A DNA stretch of 64,000 nt from Vicugna vicugna (GCA_013265495.1 MU057944.1:62001-126000), one strand, 5' to 3'. Positions 1 to 12,749 are shown, numbered from the stretch's first letter. Translations and numbers: made by a program. Notes: generated by a model not told the origin, from the letters alone.

Positions 1-714
1 CACTATTTAGAACCAGAAGCACCTCCGAGGTATGAAAGGACCTGAAACAGACCAAACCCACCCCATTCCGGTCAGCTGGTAAGCACAGCCCGACTCCTTC
101 CCAGGCCTCCCTTCCTCCCCTGCCCTACACACACCTTGCTTCGGAGACACATGAAAACAGATGCTGTTTTCCAGCCCAGAGATTTTGCCGCTGCTGTTCT
201 TTCCACGTGGACCACCGTCTCGAAGCACTTCCACCTCTCAAGACAGCCCAGTCCTTCCAGGTCCATCCCAAACCCCGTGATGCTGTGCACCTCATTCCCT
301 GGTCCCCATGGTCACCCTCGTGTTCGTGTCCTTAGAACTAAACCTTCAGAAGCCTCTCTCGCTGCCCGTGGCATGTTCCCCTCCTCCCCTGTGATTTGTT
401 TTCTTGTCCCACCCCCAGTCTTTCTCTGAAGGTGGTGGTCCTATCCTCTTCATCTTTCCTTAGTCCTGAAGTCTGGCCAGTATCTGGTGCACAGTAAATC
501 TGTTTGCGTAATTGAAGGATGTCCCCTGGCTGAAAAGTGCTCCAGGTACCCAATAGACAGCACCTTCCCCCACCACCTCTCAAAGGGTTCTTTTGTTTGT
601 TTCCATTCTTGGTGGAATATGGTTTCCTACAACTGAGTCACGCCGCATCTTGGTGTTTGCATTTCTGCATTTCCCGCCCCGCAGTGGAATATGGAATGAG
701 GGGGCTCTTCCCAC

Positions 715-856
715 TTTTTTGTTATTGCGATGTAATTCACATCCCCAAAAAACTCGCTGTGTCAAAGTGTACGATTCGGTGGTTTTCAGTCTGTTCACAA
801 GGTTGTGCTACCACCACTACTGTCTGATACCAGGACATCTTCAGCACCTTAAAAAG
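715..856 (-). mobile_element. L1M (L1MB/L1MC-like) 3' end fragment
   Basis: ttttttgttattgcgatgtaattcacat...aaagtgtacgattcggtggttttcagtctgttcacaaggttgtgctaccaccactac resembles the reverse complement of an old L1 3' UTR terminus. Confidence 0.8.
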
Positions 857-1660
857 TGAGGGCTCGCTAGTTCACGTTAAGTGACCGACAGTTCGTTGGC
901 TTGGAAATCGTTGATGTCGTTGTCCAAGTCCCTCCAGCCGGGGGAGCCTGCCTCCCCGGCCAGGTTTCCTAGAGCTGGAAGGACCCGCCAGCTTCTGGGG
1001 GAGGCGGGTGACATCTCACCTGTCCTGCTCCCTCAGCTTCTGAGTCTCCTCCTGTCCTATTCCACCTCCGTTTCCTTTCTCCTACGGTGTGCTTAACAGA
1101 GCAGCCAGCAGCCGAGACGCCCTTGAGACGCATCTAACTCGTCACAAGCCACCCCCCTTTGAACTCCGTCCCCTCGCCGTGCATCTGTTAGGATGCTCCT
1201 GGCAAGGTGTATTAAGATTACACTGCCCGGGAACCAGAGCCCCGCTGTGATGTTGGGGAGCCTCACGAAGGACCAGTGGGTGGGGGAATCTTCCTGCCGG
1301 CAGGGAGGCCAGGTGAGTGGCGTTGGTCGGAGCTGTGCTGGGAAGACGGCATGGGTGACACTTCGGCATTGGAGACCACTCAGCTTGCTCCTTTTTCTGT
1401 CCCAGAACGTCAATCTGGGCCTCATCCTCAGACCCCTCTTTCCAAGCCTGTTAGCGTGTTGATGCTACCCTTCAGAACGTCCCTCCTCTGTTCTCTTGCA
1501 CTAAGGGACCAACATGCCCTGCCTGTCAGCACCCGCCTGATTTCCAGACCCCGTGTCTCAGGACCCGGTGGAGGAATGCCACCCTGTTCACTGGACACGC
1601 CTCCTGTCTCCCTGTCATCTCCTTCCTCTGGGCCAGACAGCTCCCAGTAACCCAGCACTG

Positions 1661-1930
1661 AAAACGCCCGGGGCCCCGGGAGGACGTGAGTGTGGGCTCG
1701 GTCCGCAGGACGCGGAAGCAGGACGTGCTGTGGTGGCTCCGGGCCCCGGGCGGGCTCCCCGCACACCCAGCCCCCAGGCCCGCGCGCACTTGATCCCGTG
1801 CGTGGCCGCGGGGTCCCCGTTGCTGCTCTGTGATCTGCGGCGTTGGGGTGGGGCTCGCCTTAGCAGAGGAGCAGCCGCATTAGCCCCTGCGACCTCCGTC
1901 AGTGCTGCGGGGACTGCCAAACACCTCTCG
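1661..1930. promoter_or_regulatory. Small CpG island-like cluster
   Basis: About 28 CpG in 1661-1910 by manual count, very GC-rich, GC-box-like GGGCGGG (~1748), ETS core CGGAAG (1713-1718), not recognisably repeat-derived. Confidence 0.55.
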
Positions 1931-2049
1931 GGCCCCTTTCATGTTACTCTCGGTTCTCATCTCCAAACACCCTTCCTCACCCCTGCCCGCCCCCAAAGCA
2001 CAGGGCTGCCTTTGGCTGTCGGAGTTGGTTGAAAAGGTGGTAATCCAGC

Positions 2050-2650
2050 CACTCATTCATTCATGCATTTATTCAGTGATTGTTTATTAAGAACCTACTG
2101 TGTGTCAGATACCGTGCTGGGCATTAAGGAAATGAATGTGCATGAGATACCATCCCTCCCGGGAAGACTGTCACAGCCCAGCAGGCAGGGAGACAAGAGA
2201 ATCAGTGACAACAGGGGTGGAGGGGCTCTGTGACCATCTCCAGGGTGCAGTGGGAGCGCCAAGGGTCCTTTACTTCAATCTGGAGGTCAGGGTGTCTCCA
2301 GAAGCAGAGGAACCTTCGGTAGCATCCTGAAGAACAGGTGAGTGCAGAAAATGGGAAGGGTGTTCCAGGTACAGGGAACAGCATGTGCAAAGGCACAGAG
2401 GCAGGGAGAGCAGTGAGCATTTGAGGATGTGCACATGGGATGTGGTGGGTGGGATGGTGCTGGGAAAGCAGCAAGAGAGCTGAGGGATCAGGCAAGCCGG
2501 GCTGTGTGCTGTGTTCAGGCAGTGCAGCTATGGATGGTTTTCTGCAGGAGGGTGACGGAGATGGACGCCCTTCCGCAGTGACAGGGACAAGGTGAGGCCT
2601 GAGGCAGGGGCCTCCAGGAGACTATTGTAGGACCAAGAAACAATGAAGGC
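2050..2650 (-). mobile_element. L2 LINE 3' region
   Basis: (ATTC)n-like tail then tttattaagaacctactgtgtgtcagataccgtgctggg and agggaacagcatgtgcaaaggcacagaggcagg, typical L2 3' end on the minus strand. Confidence 0.8.
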
Positions 2651-2847
2651 AGCACATCAGGCCTCCTCCGCTGATGGGGTCTCTGGGGTTGCCTGGCTTT
2701 GTTGGACAGAGGAGGGAGGGGCTTGAAGGAGTCCCGGGCACCCCGGCATCCTCCCACTTTACTTTGAGGAGATGTTAATCACATTGAGAGCATTTCCTGA
2801 GGCTTCATGGCTGACCTCCGCGCCCCCTACACCAGGCTGGGGGTTGG

Positions 2848-3070
2848 GAATCTGGAGCCAGACTAGCTGGGTTCAAACCCCGCTCTCCTACCTACTAGCT
2901 GTGTGACCTCAGACAAATTACTTAACCTCTCTCTGCATCTGTTCACATGGTGGTAATACGGGGACGAGGACAGGCAGAGTATCTAGTCACAGGGTGTGAG
3001 GATGACATGAGTGTGTCTGTGTGTAAATGCACATAGTACCTGGCATACTGAGTGCTCAGTAGCAATCTGC
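2848..3070 (+). mobile_element. MIR SINE
   Basis: tctggagccagactagctgggttcaaaccc...actagctgtgtgacctcagacaaattacttaacctctct...cctggcatactgagtgctcagta. Confidence 0.85.
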
Positions 3071-4359
3071 TTCTGCTCCTGCAGTGGGGCCTCCCTTGCT
3101 TGCTTTGGGTTAAGACAGATCAGAACAGGGCCCAGTTTATATTTGAGGCCAATGAGAACTTGGGGTAGAAGGGAGGCCTGCGCACCTCCGGGCAGTGCCC
3201 GCTGGGAGGGGATCTCTCTTTAGGAAACACGTCTTCTCGTCTCAGGCTGCCCCCTCCCCTGTTGGTGCCCTGTGAACCCACATAGCCTGCAGCCTCCACT
3301 TGAGGAAATTAAAAACTAGATTGGTTTTTTCAGTGTAATCAAAAGTAATACCACAGGACCTGACCTTCTGTTCGCGAGCAGTTATGTAAGTGACATTTGC
3401 TGAAGTCTCACCTTGAGCCTCTCCTCTCCCGGCTCCTAAGGATGCAGGCTGGCATGCAGGTGGCTCCCCCAGTTCACCCCACCAAGAGAATTTTCTAGGT
3501 GCCCTGTTGTAATTGTAGCCATCAGGGGTCAGCCAAGGGGTCACCTACTTCATGGAAAGTCCGACAGGGATTTCTGACTTTAATCTAAACCAGACACAGT
3601 TAGGAACCAAAGAGATGTGGCAATCTCTAAAAATTCCCATGACATCCAAAGTGATGTGCTGTCGCTGGATTGTCTGCTACCAGAATCAGCCACTGCCATC
3701 CATAAACTGTCAAAAGGCAGTAGATCTCTGGACCTGGAGCCTTCCAAGGCTGTGGGCCTTTACCTTCCTGAGCCTTACCTGCCAAATGGGTACAGCCAGT
3801 GGTGTGCTGGTGAGTGTTTTAATAAGCAGCTCTCTCCAGGGTGGTTGTGGCATTCATCAGTTTCCATGGGATAAATACTTCAGCTACTAACGTGACACCC
3901 CTGGTGGCAGAGCTGGGCAGGGATGCACGCAGTCAGCCCTGAGGCGCCCAGGAAGCCAGCTCCAGCACACGCTGGGTAACACAGCACCTGCGTGTCAGGC
4001 CATAAGGACTACGCAAGAGGCAGCCCACGCAAGCAGGCGTTACACGCTGAGCGGTGTGCAAATGGACCCCCTGGAGGGCAGGAGCCCAGGTCTTACAGCC
4101 AGTGGGAAGGGCCAAAAGTCCAGCTGCAACGTTTTCTACTATAAGCAAAGCATGTAGCAGGTGCTCACTGCTCTCTTGGAGATTGATTCAAAAGTCTTGT
4201 ATATTTTGGATTCACAGATTTGCTTTTGTCTCTGCAGTTGATTTTCAAGCTCTGGCTTCATGGCCGCCTCGAAATGTGTGCTCTCGACCATGCATCAGAC
4301 CCTCTAGAATGTACCCGTCATACACCCGGCTCCTCTCTCTCCCCCTTCTCCCTCCCATC

Positions 4360-4700
4360 TGGTTCCCGTCTACCCCTCTGCCTTCTCCTGCCAAAAGCCT
4401 CATACTCATTCTGTGCCAGCCTCTGGCCTCCCTGCCATTCCTGTGACGAGTCCAACATTCTCCTCCCGCAGGGCCTTTGCACATGCTGTCTGCGCCTCTC
4501 CTCATCCTCCCGTACTCCGGTCTCTGCTCAGGTGTCACCTTTCACAAAGCCTTGGCTGGCATAGGTCCCCGTCTCTCTCGCTCCGTTCTTCATCCCCCCG
4601 GCCTGCTTTCTGGTTCTTTCTACCTTGTATATTATGTTTGCTTGTTTGTTGCTTGCCCTTCTCTGCTCCCTCCACTAGCAGTGAGCTCCTTATGGAAGGA
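4360..4700 (+). mobile_element. L2 fragment
   Basis: cagggcctttgcacatgctgt...tctctgctcaggtgtcacctt...ccactagcagtgagctcc, L2 3' region motifs. Confidence 0.6.
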
Positions 4701-5964
4701 AACTCATCCCCTTATCGGTTGCCCCACTTCTCCTCTGTTCCCATCTGTACTTTGTCCTCCTCCGACCAAAAATGCCAAATCAGCACTTTCCAGCCTCCGT
4801 TTTCTGGTTCTGGCCCCCTGTCTCCCTCAGGGCTCTGTCACCCCATGACAAGCTTCGGGGTGTCGTCCCCGCACAGATGCACCGTGTGCCTCCATCCAGG
4901 ATAGCGCTGACCTGTGCAGGAGCCCCCAGGCACCCTCTCCCCACCTGAGCCTGGCCTACCCCAGCCAGGGCTCAGCCCCTCTGCGCTGTAGACTCAAGGC
5001 CCACGTCTTAGTGAGGCCATGTGTCCCTCTCCTGTGTTCAGATCAGCCACAACAACCACATGTCCACCTGCCCACCTGGATGTGAGCCCCATGGGTGCAG
5101 GGACCTCGTCCTGTCCAGCTCTGATTCCCAGCCCCTAGAACACAGCTGGCACCTCATGAGGGATACTGGGGGAGCTGGCCGTTCCTCCAGCAGCCCAGAG
5201 TCTGCTGGAGAGCTCTGGGGTGCACTTCTGTTGCAAAGGAGCACAAAAGAGCTCGATTCGGGTTAGCTCCGTGGGTTGCCATGTTTTGGAAGATACCCGT
5301 CCCACCGTTAGCAAGTGTGACACCAGGAAAGTCTGCTCACTGGGGGCTTCTTCAGAGAACTGCCTTGTGCATCATATGAACAGTCCTCACCCCTTGTCAC
5401 CTGAAGGAGTGAGACACGGGGGATGAATTTAAGGAAGACACAGACTTGACAGAAGGAAAAAAAGAGGCTTGAACAGATGGCATGACCTGCCCCTTTGTCC
5501 CCAGCACATCTGCAGCAAAGGGAAGCGAGACTTCAGTCAGCTCAGCAGTGACGCAGCTCCCAGACCCACTGTGTGTGGAGATAATGGCATTAGGGGTTTT
5601 AAGCGCTGTAAATCAAGCTCTGTGGACGAATCATTTGGCGGCCACTTGAGTCACGTACGTGAAGGTAGAAAGGGAGAGGGCGGTGCTGTTCTTAATTTAC
5701 CTCTGTTTTGTCCAAGAAGTGCTAACAGGAGAACAGCGCAGTGGGTCCTTGAATCCATTCCGGGGGAGGGGAGTCTACAGAACTGGATCGATGTGAGAGG
5801 ATTAGAAGGTATGTTGGAACCAGGAATGTTAATGGACTAAATGAAGACAGAGTGCCGAGTGTGCAATGCCTCAGATCAAGAAAAATGGGCAGTGTTGCTA
5901 CCTAAGCCTTTTTTATTTTGTTCTACAAACAGAAGTTCTATAGCTTCAAGACAAAGAATGGCTG

Positions 5965-6400
5965 CCCTGGAGTCAGGGAGACCTGGTTGGAAAGTCTGGT
6001 TCCACCTTCTGCTAAGTTAGCGGATCCCAGGAAAGTTACCCCTCCAAGCCTCAGTTTCCTCATCTGCAAAATGGTCATCCTCACAGGCCTACTTCACTGG
6101 GTTATTGTGAGGATTCAATAAGATAATCCTTAGTTCTGTTCCTGAGCCAACACTCAAAAGATGCTAGTTCTCATGGTTTATTTATCAAATACTAATATGG
6201 TGCCCACAGTGTGCCTGGGACCTGTCTAGGTGCTTGAAAGGCATCAATTCAGTTTCTGTTCACTGTCCACCAGGAAGGAGGGACTGTTACTTCCCTCACT
6301 TCACAGGTGAGGACACTGAAGCACAGAGAGGTTAAGAAAACTGTCTGAGTCACACAGCTTGGCAGTGCAGGACACAGGATTCAAACCCGTGAGTGTAAGC
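5965..6400. mobile_element. Two MIR copies in opposite orientation (+ ~5965-6170, - ~6180-6400)
   Basis: MIR core aagcctcagtttcctcatctgcaaaatgg on +; acaggtgaggacactgaagcacagagaggttaag...ggattcaaaccc is the MIR core on -. Confidence 0.8.
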
Positions 6401-6714
6401 TCTGTCTCTGTGCTCTGCTCTGCTGCCTTTCACACACAATGGATCACCTGCTCCATGCTTGGCCCTGTGGGAAGGCACCAGAGCTGATGGAAAAGGAGTA
6501 GAAAGCACAGTCCTGTCTTTAGACTGTCATTAGAGAGCTCACTGTCTCGTGAAGTCTTTCGCTTATAACATAGAAAATAACTAAGCAGTGTGGCAGCCAG
6601 AAAGTCCATCGGCAAATGCCCTCCTCTCCATACAGAAATCAGTAGTGCCAGGAGGTAAGCTTTGCTTTCTTTTTCAAGGTTAGATGAACAGAGGTGCAGA
6701 AAGAAACGCTCATT

Positions 6715-6784
6715 ATTTTAAACCTCTGACATTGATGGGACTGTTTGTTACCGCAGTGTAACCTATCCTAACCTGTCCAGTACA
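6715..6784 (+). mobile_element. MLT1-type MaLR LTR 3' end fragment
   Basis: tgtttgttaccgcagtgtaacctatcctaacctgtccagtaca resembles the terminal ...CA of old MLT1 LTRs. Confidence 0.5.
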
Positions 6785-7794
6785 CCCTCTTTATACGACT
6801 TTACATCTAATTCATGCAATATGTGTTGGGAGTAGATGTGCAACGAATACTCTTTAGGAGGAGATGAACTCCGTCCACCGAATTGCTTGAGGGCTGCAGA
6901 AGCTGAAATGGGTATTTCATGTCTTCCGCCCAGAAAGGCTTCCTTTGAGACACCTGTGGGAATGACTGTTTTGCTTTGCTTTGATGTTCGCCAATTTTTA
7001 AAGCTTTCATTAGCTCTGATAAATTATTCAGAAAGGAGTAACCCCCGAAACCTCTTTGGAATATTGACATGGTCCAGCAGTAAATGAAGGGAGAAGTACC
7101 TCCAGGTCCGAAGCTAACTTCCATATAATTTTTAGAGGACCTAGTCAAGTTGTTAAAATGATCAGAAATGGGGCCTGGCCAGAGCAACGCTGCAGAGGGG
7201 AAATGTTATGATCTCCCAGACCATTAACTTAATCCGATCAAGTCAATGTCAAGAAGACAAAACTCCTCATGACATGGGTGGGGCTCAGGATGTAATTACA
7301 AAGGGAATTTGACTTTTATCTGGAAGCCCCTTAAGAAAATCTTTTTTTTGAAAAGTAGGCTTTAACTAAATAAAACAATTTAATGTACAATTTAGTTTCG
7401 TTTCTGGAATCTTACGCGATATCTTACAGGAAGCCTCCGAGACCCTAATCAGAGTTCCTTTCCCTGACTTCCTTTGCATGTCTTCATGCAACTAATAAAA
7501 CAGCACAGGTAGTAGATGTCCCCAAAGGCCGTAGCGAAGTTGTAAGCATCTGACATGTTTCCTCTACTGAAACATGGAGACACTGTCAGAATATCTATGT
7601 ACCTGGAGAACTAGTGTCTTGGGACCTCAATCTGGAGTATAAATAGCTTCTGAAAGACTTGGCTGTGTTGGAGGTGGGATGGCAGTTCTGTGATGAGCCA
7701 CACGGAAAGACAGCAGGGATTTAGGGGGCCCCAGAATCCCAGCCAGGACATACCCCAGTCTGCATGGCAGATCTCAAGGTTTTTATCATCTCGA

Positions 7795-8365
7795 AACCAA
7801 GAGCTGCCTATGACCCAGCACTGCCACTCCTGGGTATACATCCAAGAGAAGTGAGACCCTCTGTCCAGAGAAACATGAATGATCACAGCAGCTTTATATT
7901 CACAGGAGCCAAAAGGCGGAAACTCAAATGTCCATCCAGTGATGAGTGGGGAAACCCAATGTGGTCTGTCCATATGATGGAATATTTTTCAGGCATAAAA
8001 AGGAATGAGGTCATGACACATGCTATGACATGGATGAACCTTGAAAACATGATGCTAAGTGAAAGAAGGAAGTCAAAAGACTAATATGATATGATTTTAT
8101 TTGTCTGAGATGCCCAGAATAGGCAAATCCATCGAGACAGAAAGCAGATTGGTGGCTGCAGGGGCGGTGGGGGCTGGGGGGAGGGAAACAGAAAGTGACT
8201 GCTGAGGGGTGGGGCTCTCTTTTCCGGTGATGAGAATATGATGGAATTAGATGATGCTGACGGCTGTACAGCTTTGTGACTATACTAAAAGCCACTGAAT
8301 TGTATACTTTTAATAGGTGAATTTTATGGTATATGAATTATATCTCAGAAAAGAAAAGAAAAGGG
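7795..8365 (+). mobile_element. L1MB-like LINE-1, 5'-truncated (ORF2 C-terminus, 3' UTR, A-rich tail)
   Basis: ORF 7764..8084 contains YDPALPLLGIHPRE...KCPSSDEWGNPMWSVHMMEYFSGIKRNEVMTHAMTWMNLENMMLSE, a decayed L1 ORF2 C-terminus; 3' UTR ends ...gaattatatctcagaaaagaaaagaaaag. Confidence 0.9.
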
Positions 8366-9012
8366 AAAGACTGTGGTGGTAAGATGAACCATTCTAACCG
8401 TACAGCAGACACAGCCCTGTGACAGCCAGTCCTGACAGCCAGTCCACCAAAGCCGAACAGAGCAATCTCAGGGCGCTTCCACATCCCTGTGGTTCTCTTT
8501 CCGTAACACCTCAGCAGGCTCCTTGGGGAATTTCCTGCTCTTCTGGGTCCAGGAGCAAGTTCATGTGATTGGTACAAACTTTACTTGTCAGTGTTGCAAG
8601 AAGCCATGACACCAACAGGTGCAGGTCAAGTTGCAGAGGACAATGTCCACCCGTCCACAGCTCACTAGCTGTGTCCCTTAGCTTGAGGGCATTCTGGGTG
8701 CTCTGAGGACCGAGAGAGAAAGGCTGTGATCAGGATGGGCCACCGTCCCTCTCCCAGGATGGGGAGGACAGGCCTGACGGGATGTAGCTGTTCATCACGT
8801 CCTGGGCATCGCTGGGAGGGATGTGCGAGCCTGCCCTGCCTGTCACGCCCCACTGATGCGTTCACCCACGTGGCCTGCTGCGAGGTCTGTCTGAAATTCC
8901 TCCTTCTCTGCACTCAAGAGGGCTGCCCTCTTGACCCTTCCAGAACCTTCACCTGTCACACCTTGCTTTTTAAAATAACCTCTTCCAGAAGCTTTCCTTG
9001 GTTCTCTCCATG

Positions 9013-9195
9013 CAGTGGTTCTCAACCGGGGGCCATCTGGGGAGCACGGGGCAGAACCTGCAGATGTGCTCGGTTAGCTGAGGTCCGTGGGGGTGAGCAG
9101 GGATCAGGGATGCTGACGCCCACCCGCGGTGCACAGGATGCCCCACGACACGGAAGCACATGGCCCCAGATGTCAGCGGTGCCGACTGAGTGAGC
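9013..9195 (+). mobile_element. MER20 (hAT-Charlie) relic
   Basis: Starts cagtggttctcaaccgggg; internal cagggatgctg...tgcacaggatgcccc; ends ccccagatgtcagcggtgccgactgag. Confidence 0.75.
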
Positions 9196-9674
9196 AGCCT
9201 CCTTCCGTTTCCCTGCATTGCCACCAACGTGCACCTTCTAGGTGGAAGACTTCTTTATGGACGCTGATCCTGTTTCGGTAGCTGGCTTCTTTGAAGCCTT
9301 ACATAAGCTCACTAGCAAGACAAAGCGCCTGGCACCCAGTGAGCGCCAGTAACAGTGTCCGTTGCTCTTAACACCATTCTCTCTGGAAGGCAGGGTCCCA
9401 TTGGCACTGTCCGCAGCCACACAGGGACTCAGGAGAGACACTTACTTGATCTCTTGGGGCCTGGTTCCCTCATCACTAACCTGGAAACACTGCCGTTAAC
9501 CCATGTGTGGCGTGAAGACAGAACTCAATTATGTATGCAGAAGTGATTTACAAGAAAAGTGAGGTTTTTTGTTGTTGTTGTTGTTATGCCCAATGCTCTG
9601 TCCTGGCTGCTCCTTTCTGAGGGCTAATTACCCAGCAAACGCTCCACTGAAGGCCCCCCTTCATCCACGCCATG

Positions 9675-9775
9675 ACCGCATTTTACAGATGAGGAGACTG
9701 AGGCTCAGAGGGGTGAAGTTAGGTGGCCTAGCTGGGGATTAGCAGAGGGAGGCGTCAGATCCACTGACTCTTCGC
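9675..9775 (-). mobile_element. MIR fragment
   Basis: cattttacagatgaggagactgaggctcagaggggtgaagt. Confidence 0.8.
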
Positions 9776-11229
9776 CGCTGTCCCCTGCTGCCTTCACGAC
9801 TGATGAGCAGTCCCACCATTTGGCCAGCCCCAGACCTGACTGCCACCCAGTGCCCTGTGTGCTAGGTGGCCCTGATACTCAGGATCAGAAGGTCCATGCA
9901 TCAGAGGTCCCTGCGAGCAGGACCAGGGAGCGAGGTGCTAAAGCTGCCACCCTCCTCCTGGTCCCCAGGGGCGCAAGGCAGGCCGAGCTGGGGGCCCTGA
10001 GCTGGTGCTGCCCCAAGGGCCGGTGGCTCAGGCTGTCCTCTGCAACTGACACTCTGCCTGGGTCTCTGCATCCAAAACGAGGCAGAGCCATCACGGGGCC
10101 CCATAAATCCAGCTCCATCTGAGGAGGGTCATTCAAGGGCTTTCCAACTGTGCTTTCCAAGCGCTGCTCTCACTGGGGCTGGACAGGGGGAGCTGGGCCT
10201 CACTCTGCTGACCTCTGCTCCAGGATGGGCCAGCGCTCCCCAGTGGTGCTCCAGGGCCATCAGGCACAGGCAGCAGGCAAGAGCTTTGATGGCCTTCCTT
10301 CCAGGATCCCATCCACGTGCCAGGACACACAGAGCCCCAAGGTGGATCCTGTTTCCTAGCCAATGTGGAGCATCTTACCTGAACACACCTACACCCCCGA
10401 ACCCAGCAAGATGAACACTCCCCGCACCCATTCAGTCCCGGTCCTTCATCCTCTCTGCAACCTCTCCTCCTCAGTCCGATTCCTGGGCCCTCCAGCTCCG
10501 ACCTAGTGATGTTGGTCTCTGAGTCTAGCTCCGGAGCTCCCAGATGGTTTGGTTGGACCCCTCTTTGTCATGTTTGGACGTGATCTGTGCCATCCCCCTC
10601 TGCCCTGGGCTCAGAACAGCTCTAACTATCAGGCAGGGTCTTTGCAAGAAGAGAGACCAGCCTCAGGAAGAAACGCAAGCAAAGGGAGACTTGATGAGAG
10701 GGACGTGGCCGAGCTCTCCAGATAAATGGAAGAGCTGGTGAGCAGGGCTTCAGAGGCCTCGGAGCAGCCCGGAATTCCCGGTAGCAGGGACTTAGGAGCA
10801 GGCTTGTTGGGGTCTGCTGCTGGGATAGGTGAGCCCTGGGCCCACGAAGACTGTGTCTCCACCAAACCTCCAGTGCCAGGCACAGAGGGTCTGTGGCCTA
10901 ACTCAGGCCCAGTGGGGCCAGTCAGGCTGACCCGCCTGCATTGAGAGTGTGAGGGAGGTTCCCCCAACAAAATCTGGGTGCTGTGACCAGAATGGGGGCA
11001 TGGAGGCAAAAACACCAGATGCCAGCTCATTGCCCCTAGTTATCACTCCCTGGACCCCCAAGTCCCATTCATTCAGCTTTACGAAGGAGGCCTTCTCCCC
11101 GCCTTTCTCTTTGTGGGAAACATATCAGTTTCTTTGTCCCACCTGTTAAAAGTGCACAGGTGTAGGTAGAGAGCTGTCACCGCAGAGACAGCGGCGGGAG
11201 GCCTGAGCTCTGAGCAGTGGACCCGGGCA

Positions 11230-11410
11230 TGCGCTTTGGTCCTGGCCAGATTTGGAACTGGGTTCCAGCTCTGCCATTTCATACTACTGTGACTTTGGGC
11301 AAGTCATCCAGCCTCTCTGAACCTCAGAGTTCTTGATAAAATGGGGGGAAAGTCATACCTCGGTTCACAACCAACTTGCTGTGGTCACTGTGAACACTGC
11401 AAGTGTGTGA
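11230..11410 (+). mobile_element. MIR SINE
   Basis: ccagctctgccatttcatactactgtgactttgggcaagtcatccagcctctctgaacctcag...taaaatgggg. Confidence 0.8.
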
Positions 11411-11439
11411 GTCTGTCGGGGGACAGGCTGAGGGGCTGT

Positions 11440-11905
11440 GACAAAACTCCTGAAAGGCAGCAAATGAGCTACAGGTGCGTTTTCTCTTTCGAGGAAATCT
11501 GGAAATACCCTGGTGGTCCAGGGTAGCTCTGCTCCACGAGGTTGTCCAGGGACCCAGGTTCCATCTGCCTTGTTGCTCTGGCACACGGTGGGGCCTTGGC
11601 CCTGGATGAAGTCAACTCTCCATCTTCTTTGCCGCCCACGGGATAGGCAAAGGGGAAGTGCGGCCGGATTCTTTAGACAGATGTGATATACAAGTTCATG
11701 AACCTCCACCGGTCTCCTTCCATTGACCAGAACGTGCCCTGTGGCTGAATGAAGTTGCAAAGGATGTTGGAAAAATGGAGTCTCTGGGCTCCCATGTTCC
11801 CAGCTAGATGGGCGGGAACGGAGGAGGCAGGGGCTGGAGGGAACATTCTGTAACTGCACATAAAGGGAAATGGATACTGGGAGACAATTAGCCGTCTCTG
11901 CCACT
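11440..11905 (-). mobile_element. Old MaLR/ERVL LTR (MLT1-type), decayed
   Basis: cagggacccaggttccatctgccttgttgctctg...cattgaccagaac...atggatactgggagacaattagccgtctctgccact; subfamily uncertain. Confidence 0.6.
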
Positions 11906-12749
11906 AGCAAGATAATGCAATTAAAAACCAATCAGCACAGACTTAGTGCATGGTGAGGACTCAGTGAATGGGAGCTGTCATTTTTGGAAGATTCATTCTC
12001 AGGAAGAACAGGCAAATGCTCTCTCATCTCAGTATTCCAGTCCTGGAAGCCAGACCAGAACACAGATATGAAGGCATGGCCCATGATTTCTTTCTCCCAA
12101 GGCCACTCCTCTGACAGGCCCCAGATGGCGGGAAACAACTCCCCAGGGGCCCTCCGACCTGCAGCGGAAGCCTGTGGTCCCACTCCTCCTGGGTGCTCCA
12201 GACACCTCTGTTCCCTTTGTCTGGAGCATCCGATGCCAGTTCCTTTTGGTCACGTCGCCCCAGAGGAGCAGCTGGGTATGATTGGCATCCCGGGGGAGGG
12301 GGTCTTGGCAGCCAGCTTGGCATGTCAGCCAATGCCCTGCCGTGTTCATGTTTATTGACATTTAATTATATTTCGTTTTCATCAGCTGTCAGGCCAGCTT
12401 CCTGACAGGGCACGGAATTATGCTTGAAGCCAGTCCTCCCCTGCGGACACCTTCTCATTTGGGCCTTACCAGCTGGACAGCCGCCCTCGGAGAGAGCAGA
12501 TGTGGGTCTGATGGCAGGGAAGACCCTGGAGTCAGAGGGCACGCAGTCAAGCCCCACCTTCCATTTCCTCCCCTGTCATCGGCATCCCCAGAACATGCCA
12601 GGCCTCTTGACATTGCTGTTAGTAAGGAATTTAGACATTTTTGGTTATTTGTTGATCTTATGGAATCTAACACACACCTCATCCTAACCACTACCATCCT
12701 TGTCTAATCTTAAGCTATTATCAGAGAAGAGCTTGGGAGGGGCCAAGTG

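Noticed and set aside
3893..3912. CTCF-like site (CTGCCACCAGGGGTGTCA on -)
   Set aside because: Matches the first part of the core but lacks the conserved GGC end; not supportable without a PWM scan or ChIP data
7764..8084. 106-aa ORF with real protein similarity
   Set aside because: Decayed L1 ORF2 C-terminus in a truncated L1MB-like copy, not a host gene
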